Origin: Parcubacteria group bacterium GW2011_GWA1_56_13
GTDB lineage: Bacteria; Patescibacteriota; Minisyncoccia; Phycocordibacterales; Phycocordibacteraceae
Reading direction: 5' to 3'
Assembly (NCBI GenBank): GCA_001004905.1
Contig: LCRY01000003.1
Coordinates: forward strand, 24,830-88,829
DNA length: 64,000 nt
Under the pieces are notes generated by a model. That model worked only from the letters and a program-made list of their open reading frames with translations. It ran no database searches and was not told the origin of the DNA. Positions 29,415-40,436 of this stretch are shown piece after piece (within the stretch, counting starts at the first letter, position 1; every line of letters begins with the position of its first letter). The translations under genes and the position numbers were made by a program.

Positions 29415-30176
29415 ATGCAATTCCTCCTCGCTTTTTCGTTTTTTGCGCTCGGCGCGATCGTCGCAAGTTTTGTCGGCGTGCTTGTCGAACGGCTTTATAC
29501 GGGACAAGGATTCCTGTCGGGACGCTCCCGCTGCAACGCGTGCAACACGCCACTTACGCCCCTCGCGCTCGTGCCGGTCATTTCCTACGTCGCGCTTCAA
29601 GGAAGGGCGCACTGCTGCGGTGCCCGCCTCCCGCTGCGCGCCCCTCTGACCGAAGCCCTGCTCGGCGTTCTTTTCGTCGGTGCATATGCGGATCTCGGCC
29701 TTTCGTTCGCGCTTCTCTATTTCCTTATCTCCCTTTCAGCGCTGCTCGGCCTCGTGCTGTATGACCTCTCTCATCAAATATTGCCGCCCTCGCTTCTCAT
29801 AATTTTTATCGCGGCGAGTGTCGCGATGCGCTACGCCCTTTCGCCTTCGCTCGCGACCTTTTCCTCCTCCTGCATCACTGCCGCGCTGATCGCGCTTGCA
29901 CTCGCGCTCATACATTTCTTTTCACGCGGACGCGCCATGGGCTTTGCGGACGCGCCGCTCGCCTTCGGTCTCGCGCTTCTCGCCGGCCCGACCGCGCTCA
30001 CCGGCTTTGTTTTTTCATTCTGGATCGGCGCCGGTATCGGGATAGGTCTGTTGTTCACCAGGCCTCGTGGCTCTAGAATGGGAGTTGAGGTGCCGTTCGC
30101 TCCTTTCTTGGCCGCCGGCTTCCTTCTCGCTTACTTCACCCAATGGAACCTTTTCGCTTTCATCGCGATTCCGTAA
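29415..30176 (+). CDS. pilD: Prepilin peptidase PilD (A24 family) with an N-terminal zinc-binding CxxC...CxxC.
   Basis: RCNACNT...HCCGARL tetracysteine, plus the polytopic peptidase A24 core (LGLVLYDLSHQILP...). Confidence 0.85.
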   Translation: MQFLLAFSFFALGAIVASFVGVLVERLYTGQGFLSGRSRCNACNTPLTPLALVPVISYVALQGRAHCCGARLPLRAPLTEALLGVLFVGAYADLGLSFALLYFLISLSALLGLVLYDLSHQILPPSLLIIFIAASVAMRYALSPSLATFSSSCITAALIALALALIHFFSRGRAMGFADAPLAFGLALLAGPTALTGFVFSFWIGAGIGIGLLFTRPRGSRMGVEVPFAPFLAAGFLLAYFTQWNLFAFIAIP

Positions 30177-30910
30177 CAGCCGGAGGGTTCACCCCGTTAG
30201 ATAACGGTCCGGAAAGGGCGATACATATTCAGTGTCCACACTATCTAACGGGGTTCACGCTCGTGGAGCTCATGGTCGTGATTTCCATTATGGCGGTCAT
30301 TACGGCGATCGTGCTCACGAGCCAAAGTTCTTTCAACAAGACGCTCGTACTCGCGAATACCGCATATGACATCGCGCTCTCGCTCCGGTCCGCCGAAACG
30401 TACGGTATCGGCAGCCGCGCGATAACGGGCGGCGCGGTGAATGCCGGATACGGCATTCATTTTGAGAGGGGAAATACGGGTTCCTACGTACTGTTCGCCG
30501 ATATCTCTCCCGGTCCAGCGGCTTCAGGCTGCCACGGATTACCCGCCGGAGGCGCGACTGCTCCGGATGCGCAACCGGGGAATTGCGTATATACAAGCGG
30601 ATCGGACGCGTTGGTACGGACCTATATGCTCGGGAACGGCATAACCATAAAAGATTTTTGCGCATATTCCTCCGGTGCCTGGTCGTGCATGAGGGGGGGG
30701 CTGTCTTCGCTTGATATCGTGTTTGCGCGCCCGAATCCGGATCCTTTCATGAGCAAAGACGGTGCATATTCCCGGCCGTTCCCCGTTACCGCAGCATGCC
30801 TCACCGTCGCCTCCCCGGGCGCGCCCGACGGACCGTTCCGTTTCATTTCCATCGCGCAATCGGGGGCAATCACCGCCAACGCCGCCTCGGACCCTTCCTC
30901 ATGTCATTAA
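30143..30910 (+). CDS. Minor pilin / pseudopilin (FimT/GspH-like).
   Basis: Prepilin motif TG|FTLVELMVVISIMAVITAIVLTS. Start uncertain: the only in-frame ATG gives a 34-aa leader and a 34-nt overlap with pilD. Confidence 0.55.
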   Translation: MEPFRFHRDSVTAGGFTPLDNGPERAIHIQCPHYLTGFTLVELMVVISIMAVITAIVLTSQSSFNKTLVLANTAYDIALSLRSAETYGIGSRAITGGAVNAGYGIHFERGNTGSYVLFADISPGPAASGCHGLPAGGATAPDAQPGNCVYTSGSDALVRTYMLGNGITIKDFCAYSSGAWSCMRGGLSSLDIVFARPNPDPFMSKDGAYSRPFPVTAACLTVASPGAPDGPFRFISIAQSGAITANAASDPSSCH

Positions 30911-30987
30911 CCACCATGAACTACCATCGAGGATACACCCAGCACCAAAGCTTCGTTAAGAATGTTGGTGGCGTTCGAACGACAAAA

Positions 30988-31488
30988 ATGCTGTCAAGGC
31001 GTGGCTTTGGTGCTGGGTACACGCTCATCGAACTTGTCGTAGCGGTCGGGCTTTTTGCCCTCATCATGACGCTCGCTTCGGGAGCGTACCTCGTAATGAT
31101 AGGGGTCAATCAGCAATCCCAGGGCATCGCGACCGGCATCAATAATCTCTCCTTCGCGCTTGAGACCATGACACGCGCCATCCGCACGGGAACGAATTAT
31201 TCCTGCGGCGGCGGGGACTGCACCGGCGGCACGAACTTCTCGGTCCTGAACGCAAGCGGCGCAACGATGACCTATCTCCTTTCCGGAGGCGTGATAACCC
31301 AAAATGGCGTCGCACTCACCGATTCGTCGGTGCAAATTTCATCGCTCAAATTTTACGCATCGGGTACGGCGGGAAGCGATTCTCAACAGCCCCGCGTCAC
31401 CATTGTTGTGTCCGGCACGGTCCCCGGGAAAGCCCCCCAGCAATTTACCGTCGAGACCGGCGCGACGATGCGCGGCTCCGACATATGA
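30988..31488 (+). CDS. Minor pilin.
   Basis: MLSRRGFGAG|YTLIELVVAVGLFALIMTLASGAY. Start refined to ATG 30988; the ORF is open from 30796. Confidence 0.6.
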   Translation: MLSRRGFGAGYTLIELVVAVGLFALIMTLASGAYLVMIGVNQQSQGIATGINNLSFALETMTRAIRTGTNYSCGGGDCTGGTNFSVLNASGATMTYLLSGGVITQNGVALTDSSVQISSLKFYASGTAGSDSQQPRVTIVVSGTVPGKAPQQFTVETGATMRGSDI

Positions 31489-32048
31489 CCATGAAAATGT
31501 CCACGGGCTTCACCCTTATAGAAACGATGGTCGCCGTGACTATTATTACGCTTGCGGTTGCAGGACCTCTCTTTGCGGCGAACCGCGCGTTCGTTGCCGC
31601 GCGCATCGCCCGCGATCAGCTGACCGCATCGCACCTCGCGCAAGAAGGCATCGAATACGTGCGCGCGATGCGCGATAACGAATATCTCGCCGCATATCGG
31701 GCGGGCGGTCCGAACATCTCGAGTACGGCATGGGATAATTTTATCGCGGGCATAGAGTCCGTCTGCCTCAGTCCATCGCGCTGCACGCTTGACCCGGTGC
31801 TGCGCGCGATGGGATACGGCGCGGGTTTCGCGGTCGCACCGTACTCAGGCAATGCGCCACTGTATCTGGCGAACGGTCTGTATACGCAACAGAACCTTGC
31901 GGGCGGTGTACGAACGGTCTTCACCCGAACCATTGAGGTCTCCCGCGTATCGGCCAGCGACGAGCGTATCGTTTCGATGACGTCGTGGAACTATCACGGC
32001 ACCGCATATTCGGTGACGACGACTGCTCACCTTTCCCCATGGCAATGA
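31485..32048 (+). CDS. Minor pilin (PilV/GspI-like).
   Basis: MTMKMSTG|FTLIETMVAVTIITLAVAGPLFAANRAF. 4-nt overlap with the upstream gene. Confidence 0.6.
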   Translation: MTMKMSTGFTLIETMVAVTIITLAVAGPLFAANRAFVAARIARDQLTASHLAQEGIEYVRAMRDNEYLAAYRAGGPNISSTAWDNFIAGIESVCLSPSRCTLDPVLRAMGYGAGFAVAPYSGNAPLYLANGLYTQQNLAGGVRTVFTRTIEVSRVSASDERIVSMTSWNYHGTAYSVTTTAHLSPWQ

Positions 32049-32527
32049 AACAGACACGCCGCGGATTCGCGCTCCTCATCGCCGTCATATTCATGTCGGT
32101 CATGCTCGCGTTCGGCCTCGCACTCGGTTCGCTTGCGTATAAGCAGCAAGTCCTCGCGTCCACGGCCATCCAGTCGCAGTACGCATTCTACGCTGCGGAT
32201 GCTGGCCTCGAATGCGCTCTCTACGCCGATCAGCAGCAGGGACTCTTTGCCTATACGTCCGACATGTCCGCACCCGCCCCGTCCCTGGTCTGCGACGGCG
32301 CTTCGGCCATCTCGGCAAGCGTCCTTTCGCACACAGGGTCGCAGTGGGTCATTTTCAATCGCCTCTCCCTCGATACGAACAAACGATGCGTGGATGTGAC
32401 CGTCTATAAACGGAAAAACACGGGGACGAACTATCTCTTTTCGCAGGGATATGACGTGTCGTGCGCTACCGTCGCCGCCCCGAATGGAGCGCATTTCGTG
32501 TCGCGCGGCCTCAGTGCAGACTACTGA
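32039..32527 (+). CDS. Minor pilin (PilX/GspK-like).
   Basis: MAMKQTRRG|FALLIAVIFMSVMLAFGLALG. Start refined to ATG 32039. Confidence 0.55.
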   Translation: MAMKQTRRGFALLIAVIFMSVMLAFGLALGSLAYKQQVLASTAIQSQYAFYAADAGLECALYADQQQGLFAYTSDMSAPAPSLVCDGASAISASVLSHTGSQWVIFNRLSLDTNKRCVDVTVYKRKNTGTNYLFSQGYDVSCATVAAPNGAHFVSRGLSADY

Positions 32528-34534
<2,007 letters not shown>

Positions 34535-34539
34535 AGTTC

Positions 34540-35733
34540 ATGCGCATACTTTCAAACGATTATCTTTCCAGTGTCCCTGGTTCAGGAATTAATGTGAAAG
34601 GCGGCCCGGCTAGGTTCGCCGCTGATTTTTCCACCGTCGCTATTTCACAAGGGCATGAATGGATAGGACTCTTACATAATCCGGAATCCGGCGAATATCA
34701 AGAGCGTGCCGTCGCTGGGGGAAAGCGATTTTTTTCAATTAATGCACCGTCCGTTACCATTGAAGGTTTACGCGAATTGCGCGAACCCTTGGCGCCAGAA
34801 GCATATTTGGCCGAAGACATTAATTCCGTAAAAGACCTCTTCAAAGAACTGCGGGGAGACGTCCTATTCTTAAACGGTTTTTCGGCGTACGCGTGGCTTT
34901 TGTTTGCTGCCGCCCGTGAAATCGGACTGCCCGTCGTTATACAGCACGCCGGAATTTTCAGTCGAGAAGTGGAAGAATATGCTGATTTATTCACCCGAGC
35001 AGGCAGGGAACTGTGCTTTGCTATGGAAAAAGACGCAGCGGAATATGCTGCAGCAAATATTTTTCTGAACGAATTCAGCAAAAAAGCGTTTGAGCGAATC
35101 GTGCAAACCCGCACGGTCTCCAATCCCCACATCATCCCGCTGCCTCATCCGGGCTGGCCGTTTGAGGACGCGGCAGGGCCAAAAAAGAGAAAAGAGCGAG
35201 TACTGGGCGTCGTCGCAAGGTGGGACCGTATTAAAAATCATGAAGCGATTTTGGCATTAGCTGAAACGCTGCGAGAGACGAACGTGCCGTGGCGCATCAG
35301 AAGCGTCACCTCTATACCCGACACGGCGGTACATACAGAATTCAAGTCCCGCTATCGGAATTGCATTGAGATCGTGCCGCCTATGAGCCATACCGCACTA
35401 ATGGATTTTTACCAGTCAGTTGACGTAATCATCCTCCCTTCACACTTTGATGTTTCGCCGACCGTCGTCATGGAGGCGGCTTCTCTCGGTGTGCCGACGC
35501 TGATCTCTCCGAACGTCGGTTGGGTAAGCGAATACGAGCATTGCGGCATGGAGGAGTGGATTGCCGATTTCAGTCGGCCGCACGATGTCGTTCGTCGCCT
35601 CGAAAAACATTTTATCCGTACGGAATGGCCAGAAACAAAACGATTTGCAGAATATATAAAAAAATGTCATGATCCTGCAATAGTATACAGATCATATTTA
35701 ACCCTTCTCAAGGGAACTTCTATCGCAACATAA
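34540..35733 (+). CDS. Glycosyltransferase, GT4-like (GT-B fold).
   Basis: C-terminal donor-binding region (DVIILPSHFDVSPTVVMEAASLGVPTLIS, the E-x7-E-like motif). Confidence 0.6.
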   Translation: MRILSNDYLSSVPGSGINVKGGPARFAADFSTVAISQGHEWIGLLHNPESGEYQERAVAGGKRFFSINAPSVTIEGLRELREPLAPEAYLAEDINSVKDLFKELRGDVLFLNGFSAYAWLLFAAAREIGLPVVIQHAGIFSREVEEYADLFTRAGRELCFAMEKDAAEYAAANIFLNEFSKKAFERIVQTRTVSNPHIIPLPHPGWPFEDAAGPKKRKERVLGVVARWDRIKNHEAILALAETLRETNVPWRIRSVTSIPDTAVHTEFKSRYRNCIEIVPPMSHTALMDFYQSVDVIILPSHFDVSPTVVMEAASLGVPTLISPNVGWVSEYEHCGMEEWIADFSRPHDVVRRLEKHFIRTEWPETKRFAEYIKKCHDPAIVYRSYLTLLKGTSIAT

Positions 35734-35738
35734 TATTC

Positions 35739-36821
35739 ATGCGCGTTGCCCAACTCGCTCCTAGCTATCATTCCGTTTCTCCGCTCTTCAATAAAGCGAT
35801 TTATTCGCACATTGCATGGCTTGCGAACGGCCTCGTCGATCTCGGACATGACGTTCACCTTTTTGCCTCAAGCGATTCAGAAACAAAGGCGGTATTGCAC
35901 GGCGTGAGCGAATCCTTATCGAAACTCAATCTCCCCGAGGATATCGCCCGTTACTACATGTTGCTCACCATATCCTCTTGTTATGCATACGCGCGCACCT
36001 CATCCGACATCATTCACTCCCATTTCAATCTCCTCTCTTCGTTCGTTTCTCAGATCAGCGATGTGCCGACGGTTACCTCGGTGCACAGCCCCATTACCGA
36101 CAGGACCCGCCCTCTGTTGGAGCACTTCAAGAATGAGCGCTACATTTCTTTTTCTCTAGCCCAGCGAAAACAGATGCCGAATCTGAACTGGTATGCAAAT
36201 ATATACCACGGTGTTGATACGGCGCTGTTCGCGTTTAACCCAGACCCGGAAGAGTATCTGCTGTATCTCGGCAGAGTGACGGAAGAAAAAGGCATTCATT
36301 TCGCTATTGAAGCCGCGAAGGTCACAGGAATGCCGCTCTATATTGTCGGTGCCAGTTATCCCGCAGAAGGGTATTGGCAAAAGCATGTCGAACCGCACAT
36401 CGACGGCCGTATGATCAGATTTTTAGGCGAAGCGTCGTTTGAAAGAAAAATTCCTCTTTTTCAGAATGCAAAAGCTCTCCTTTTTCCGACGCAGGCAGAT
36501 GAAGTATTCGGGTATTCGATGATAGAAGCGATGTCGTGCGGTACGCCAGTCATCGGCTTTGCCAACGGCTCCGTTGCGGAGATTGTCAAACACGGCATTG
36601 CCGGTTTTGTGGTTAATGATGTGGAAGAAATGGTAGAGGCCATTAAACATTTAGATGAGATCGACAGAATGAAAGTGCGCAAACGCGCAGAAATATATTT
36701 CAGCGTGGAAAAAATGGTTTCCGGATATGAGAAAGTCTATAAACGCGTTTTGGACGACGAGACCTTCTTGCAGCGTAAGCGTGACGAGAACGCGAACATG
36801 TCGTCCGATTCCCTAAAATGA
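35739..36821 (+). CDS. Glycosyltransferase family 4.
   Basis: LGRVTEEKGIHFAIEA...FPTQADEVFGYSMIEAMSCGTPVIGFANGSVAEIV, the canonical GT4 C-terminal domain. Confidence 0.75.
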   Translation: MRVAQLAPSYHSVSPLFNKAIYSHIAWLANGLVDLGHDVHLFASSDSETKAVLHGVSESLSKLNLPEDIARYYMLLTISSCYAYARTSSDIIHSHFNLLSSFVSQISDVPTVTSVHSPITDRTRPLLEHFKNERYISFSLAQRKQMPNLNWYANIYHGVDTALFAFNPDPEEYLLYLGRVTEEKGIHFAIEAAKVTGMPLYIVGASYPAEGYWQKHVEPHIDGRMIRFLGEASFERKIPLFQNAKALLFPTQADEVFGYSMIEAMSCGTPVIGFANGSVAEIVKHGIAGFVVNDVEEMVEAIKHLDEIDRMKVRKRAEIYFSVEKMVSGYEKVYKRVLDDETFLQRKRDENANMSSDSLK

Positions 36822-36849
36822 GGACCGAGTTTTTTGCTATAGTTTCCCT

Positions 36850-37140
36850 ATGGCAACAAAAAACGATGTGAAGAAGCTTGCGGCGCTCGCGCGCATCAGC
36901 GTCGAGGACGCGTCACTGGAGAAATTCACGGGCGAATTTGACGCCATACTGGCGTACATCGGCCAGCTGGAGAAGCTCAAGCTGCCGAAAGGAAAGCAAA
37001 CGAAACCCGCATTGCGTAACGCCATGCGGGAAGACGGTGAGCCGCATGCGGCACGCGCGTATACCGAAAAACTCGTCAAACAATTTCCCGCGCAGGAAGG
37101 CGACGCCCTTTCGGTGAAGCAGATACTTTCTCATGACTAG
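36850..37140 (+). CDS. gatC: Glu/Asp-tRNA amidotransferase subunit C.
   Basis: 96 aa; (V)KKLAALARISVEDASLEKFTGEFDAILAYIGQLEKL; immediately upstream of gatA. Confidence 0.8.
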   Translation: MATKNDVKKLAALARISVEDASLEKFTGEFDAILAYIGQLEKLKLPKGKQTKPALRNAMREDGEPHAARAYTEKLVKQFPAQEGDALSVKQILSHD

Positions 37141-37230
37141 GAATGGACTTCGGCTGCGTCCGCAATACGGAAATCGGCCGCGCTCCGGGCCGCTAGGCCA
37201 AGTCCTACGACCGATTTCCGTATCGCGGAC

Positions 37231-38652
37231 TTGCCTATGAAAAAACCGAATGAGATGACCATCGTTGAAGCAGCCCGCGCGCTGCGCGCGCGCTCCTTTT
37301 CGGTCCGAGAGCTCTGGGACGCGTGCATTGAGGCGATACGAGCAAGAGATGGGGAGTTGCATGCGTTCCTTGAGGTCTTCGACGCCGATGAGCGGGCGAT
37401 AGCCGCCGCACAGGCGCGCATTGAAGCGGAAGGCGATTCAGCGCCGCTTCTCTGCGGCATCCCGCTTGCCGTAAAAGACAATATTTTGATAGAAGGGAAG
37501 GTAGCTAGCGCGGCATCGCGGATGCTTGCGAACTACCGCGCGACCTACGATGCGACGGTCGTGCGAAAATTGAAAGAGGCGGGAGCGTTGTTTTTGGGGC
37601 GGACCAATATGGACGAATTCGCGATGGGTTCTTCGACCGAACATTCGGCCTTCGGCCCGACGAAAAATCCGCGCGGCCTTTCCCGGGTTCCCGGCGGTTC
37701 TTCCGGCGGCTCCGCCGCCGCTGTGGCTGCAGACCTCTGCGTCGCCGCCCTCGGCAGCGATACGGGCGGCTCTATTCGCCAGCCGGCGGCGTACTGCGGC
37801 GTCGCCGGCCTGAAGCCTACCTACGGCGCGGTCTCGCGCTCGGGGCTCATCGCACTCGGGTCCTCTCTTGACCAGATAGGCCCGCTTGCAAAATCGGTCG
37901 AAGACGCTCGCATTCTGCATGACGCTATCCGCGGCAAGGACCCGCTTGATTCCACGACTATTCCTGACGGGTTGTATCCGCAAAGAACGGTCCCGAACAC
38001 ATTCCGCATCGGCATACCCGATTTTGTGAACAGAACGCTCCTGCATTCGGACCAGCCACTTGGCATGCTCGCCAAGAAATTGACGGACGACGGCCACACG
38101 CTGGTAGACGTCGCGCTCCCGACGAACCAATACGCGCTTGCCATCTATTACATCATTATGCCGGCGGAGGCCTCGACCAACCTTGCGCGCCTCGATGGCA
38201 TCCGCTACGGCTGTGCCGCGCGCGGAAAGACCTTGCTTGACGACTACGTCCTTTCGCGGACGGAGGGTTTCGGCGAAGAGGTGCGCCGGCGCATCCTGCT
38301 CGGCACCTTCGTTCTTTCCTCCGGCTATATAGACGCCTATTATCACAAGGCGCAGGCCGCACGCTCGCTTTTGCGCACGGAATATGAGAAGGCGTTTGAA
38401 AAAGTCGATGTCATCATGACCCCGACGGCGCTTTCCGCCGCGTTCGCGTTCGGCGAAAAGAAAGACCCGCTCTCCATGTACCTGGAAGATCTTTTTACCG
38501 TGACCGCAAACCTGACCGGCATGCCGGCCATTTCTCTCCCAATCGGTGGAGGCGGACAGCTTCCCGTCGGCGTACATTTCACGGCGCCGCACCAGGCCGA
38601 GAATCTGCTATTCGGCATCGGTGAAGCAGTGGGGAAGGCGCAAGGCGCATAG
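37231..38652 (+). CDS. gatA: Glu/Asp-tRNA amidotransferase subunit A (amidase signature family).
   Basis: GGSSGGSAAAVAA...GSDTGGSIRQPAAYCGVAGLKPTYG amidase signature. Confidence 0.92.
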   Translation: MPMKKPNEMTIVEAARALRARSFSVRELWDACIEAIRARDGELHAFLEVFDADERAIAAAQARIEAEGDSAPLLCGIPLAVKDNILIEGKVASAASRMLANYRATYDATVVRKLKEAGALFLGRTNMDEFAMGSSTEHSAFGPTKNPRGLSRVPGGSSGGSAAAVAADLCVAALGSDTGGSIRQPAAYCGVAGLKPTYGAVSRSGLIALGSSLDQIGPLAKSVEDARILHDAIRGKDPLDSTTIPDGLYPQRTVPNTFRIGIPDFVNRTLLHSDQPLGMLAKKLTDDGHTLVDVALPTNQYALAIYYIIMPAEASTNLARLDGIRYGCAARGKTLLDDYVLSRTEGFGEEVRRRILLGTFVLSSGYIDAYYHKAQAARSLLRTEYEKAFEKVDVIMTPTALSAAFAFGEKKDPLSMYLEDLFTVTANLTGMPAISLPIGGGGQLPVGVHFTAPHQAENLLFGIGEAVGKAQGA

Positions 38653-38676
38653 TATTTTTCGTTTATACTAGGAGCG

Positions 38677-39246
38677 ATGGCTCCCCAGCAGGCAAATATC
38701 GAATATTTCTTCCGCCTCCTGTACGAATGGATATACGGAACGCACGGGGCAAATTATGAGGAGTTGCGCGTACTCGCCTCGCACATTTGGCTTTGGATCA
38801 TCGCTGTCGGCTACCTGCTCTCGGTCATTGCGCTCGTTTTCATCGTCTACACGACCGTGCGGCTGTTCGAATTACGCAAGCGAGAGGACGCATACTATGG
38901 CACGCTCGTTTCTCCGCCGGAGAGCGGGGGAGAAAACCCGCGATGGAAGCACATCGAGTCGCTCGCCAACAGCCAGAGCGCAAGCGAGTGGCGCGAGGCG
39001 ATCATCGAGGCCGACATCATGCTCGACGACATCCTGGCGCGGCAGGGATATGTGGGTGCCGGCGTAGGGGAGAAGCTGAAGGCCGTCGAGCCCTCCGACA
39101 TGGGCACGCTTCAGGATGCCTGGGAGGCGCACAAGGTGCGCAACCAGATCGCGCACGAGGGTTCGGCCTTCAAGCTTTCCGACTCGCTCACCCACCGCAC
39201 TATTGCGCGCTACGCGGCCGTGTTCCGCGAACTGAAGGCAATCTAG
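38677..39246 (+). CDS. Hypothetical membrane protein.
   Basis: One or two TM helices (IWLWIIAVGYLLSVIALVFIVY), then a soluble helical domain. Confidence 0.4.
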   Translation: MAPQQANIEYFFRLLYEWIYGTHGANYEELRVLASHIWLWIIAVGYLLSVIALVFIVYTTVRLFELRKREDAYYGTLVSPPESGGENPRWKHIESLANSQSASEWREAIIEADIMLDDILARQGYVGAGVGEKLKAVEPSDMGTLQDAWEAHKVRNQIAHEGSAFKLSDSLTHRTIARYAAVFRELKAI

Positions 39247-39358
39247 CCAATTGCACATTAGGAGAGTAAGATATACGTAGCGGGGTAGAGGAGAGCCGTG
39301 TCCTACGGGCGGGAGGGCAAGTGTGCAAACCAACTGCGAAAAGAGTAAACTAGTACAC

Positions 39359-39429
39359 AGCGGGGTAGAGGAGAGGTACCTCGGGAGGCTCATAACCTCC
39401 AGACGCCGGTTCGATTCCGGCCCCCGCAA
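39359..39429 (+). tRNA. tRNA with anticodon CAT (Met, or Ile2 if lysidinylated).
   Basis: Hand-folded: D stem GAGG/CCTC; anticodon stem GGAGG/CCTCC with loop CTCATAA; T arm GCCGG-TTCGATT-CCGGC; acceptor AGCGGGG/CCCCGCA (an A1.A72 mismatch). No encoded CCA. Confidence 0.7.
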
Positions 39430-39442
39430 CACGATTGGAAAT

Positions 39443-39470
39443 GGCGCCGTGAGGCGCCTTTTCCTTTTCT
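39443..39470 (+). terminator. Intrinsic terminator directly after the tRNA.
   Basis: ggcgcc-gtga-ggcgcc hairpin followed by ttttccttttc. Confidence 0.6.
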
Positions 39471-39473
39471 TGT

Positions 39474-39705
39474 TGCGGGGGAGCGAAGCGCCTGCGCGCT
39501 TCGCGTCCGGAATCGAATGCCGGAACATGTTTCAGTCGGCAGACTGAAACGGTGAGGCTGTGCCCAGACCTCGGCGAGCGACGGCGAGCCGAGAGTCGAG
39601 GGAGATAAGTCGTAATCGACGGTCCGGCCCCCGCAACACGGTTGTGACGCCAGGAACCAGTACCGACAGGGGTCAAACCCAGTACAGTACCGGCCCCCTC
39701 GGTCA
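39474..39705 (+). ncRNA. Unassigned structured-RNA candidate between two terminators.
   Basis: No plausible ORF: the only long frame is antisense and carries tRNA-antisense GIEPAS motifs. It starts at a 5' GCGGGGG. At 39626-39632 there is a CCCCCGC complementary to it, inside an 18-nt 3' segment (tccggcccccgcaacacg) that duplicates the tRNA 3' end. T-arm-like hairpins are present. It ends just before the terminator at 39709-39743. Confidence 0.25.
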
Positions 39706-39708
39706 CCA

Positions 39709-39743
39709 GAAAAAGCGCCTACATGCTAGAGGCGCTTTTTCTG
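39709..39743. terminator. Bidirectional intrinsic terminator.
   Basis: aaaaagcgcctacatgctagaggcgctttttctg. Confidence 0.65.
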
Positions 39744-39893
39744 TTATGCAGCAAACGCAACATATTTCCAGTTCGATTCCGACTCTCGTATTCGCCGCAC
39801 CTTCGTGTCGCAATCACAGAAATCCGGTTCAATAGTTCCGTCCCCCTCTGGGGGGCGGGAATGCTCGACTCGCGCTATACTGCGGACAAATAC

Positions 39894-40436
39894 ATGACCC
39901 TCCACTTCATCACAGGTAACAAAAACAAGCTCGCAGAAATGCGGACGATGCTTGGGAGTGTCGAGCAACTTGATATTGAACTGCCGGAGATTCAGGAGAT
40001 CGATGCGCACGAAGTTATCAAAGCGAAACTCAAAGCAGCTACTCAGCACCATACGGGCGCACTTATTGTCGAAGACACTTCGCTTTCCCTCGACGCCCTT
40101 AACGGTCTCCCAGGACCACTTGTTAAGTGGTTTTTAAAAACGATTGGGAATGACGGTCTTTTTAAGATTGCGGAAGCTTTTGGTAACTATGGTGCTGAAG
40201 CGAAGACTATTATTGGCTATACCTCTGGCGACGGAGCAATCCAATTCTTTGAGGGGTCAGTCAGGGGTACGATAGTCGCTCCTCGGGGTGATACTGTCTT
40301 TGGCTGGGACCCGATCTTTCGGCCTGAAGGAAAAGATAAAACCTACGCTGAACTATTTGATGCAGATGAGGCCGAGAAGAATTCAATAAGCATGCGCAGA
40401 CTCGCCGCCGAGAAATTAAAGGCACATTTATCATGA
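39894..40436 (+). CDS. rdgB: Non-canonical purine NTP pyrophosphatase (RdgB/Ham1 family).
   Basis: LHFITGNKNKLAEM...EDTSLSLDALNGLPG...FGWDPIF; start refined to ATG 39894. Confidence 0.85.
   Translation: MTLHFITGNKNKLAEMRTMLGSVEQLDIELPEIQEIDAHEVIKAKLKAATQHHTGALIVEDTSLSLDALNGLPGPLVKWFLKTIGNDGLFKIAEAFGNYGAEAKTIIGYTSGDGAIQFFEGSVRGTIVAPRGDTVFGWDPIFRPEGKDKTYAELFDADEAEKNSISMRRLAAEKLKAHLS

Noticed and set aside
39350-39706. 118-aa minus-strand ORF.
   Set aside because: Its translation contains AGAGIEPASGGYEPP-type peptides, the signature of reading antisense through tRNA T-arm/acceptor sequence. It overlaps the tRNA-Met and the structured-RNA region.
39270-39743. Confident call of tmRNA or RNase P RNA.
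   Set aside because: Only fragmentary motif resemblance was found. It lacks a canonical CCA-ended tRNA-like domain with a tag reading frame, and lacks complete RNase P CR-I/P4 pairing. It is kept as an unassigned ncRNA candidate pending a covariance-model search.
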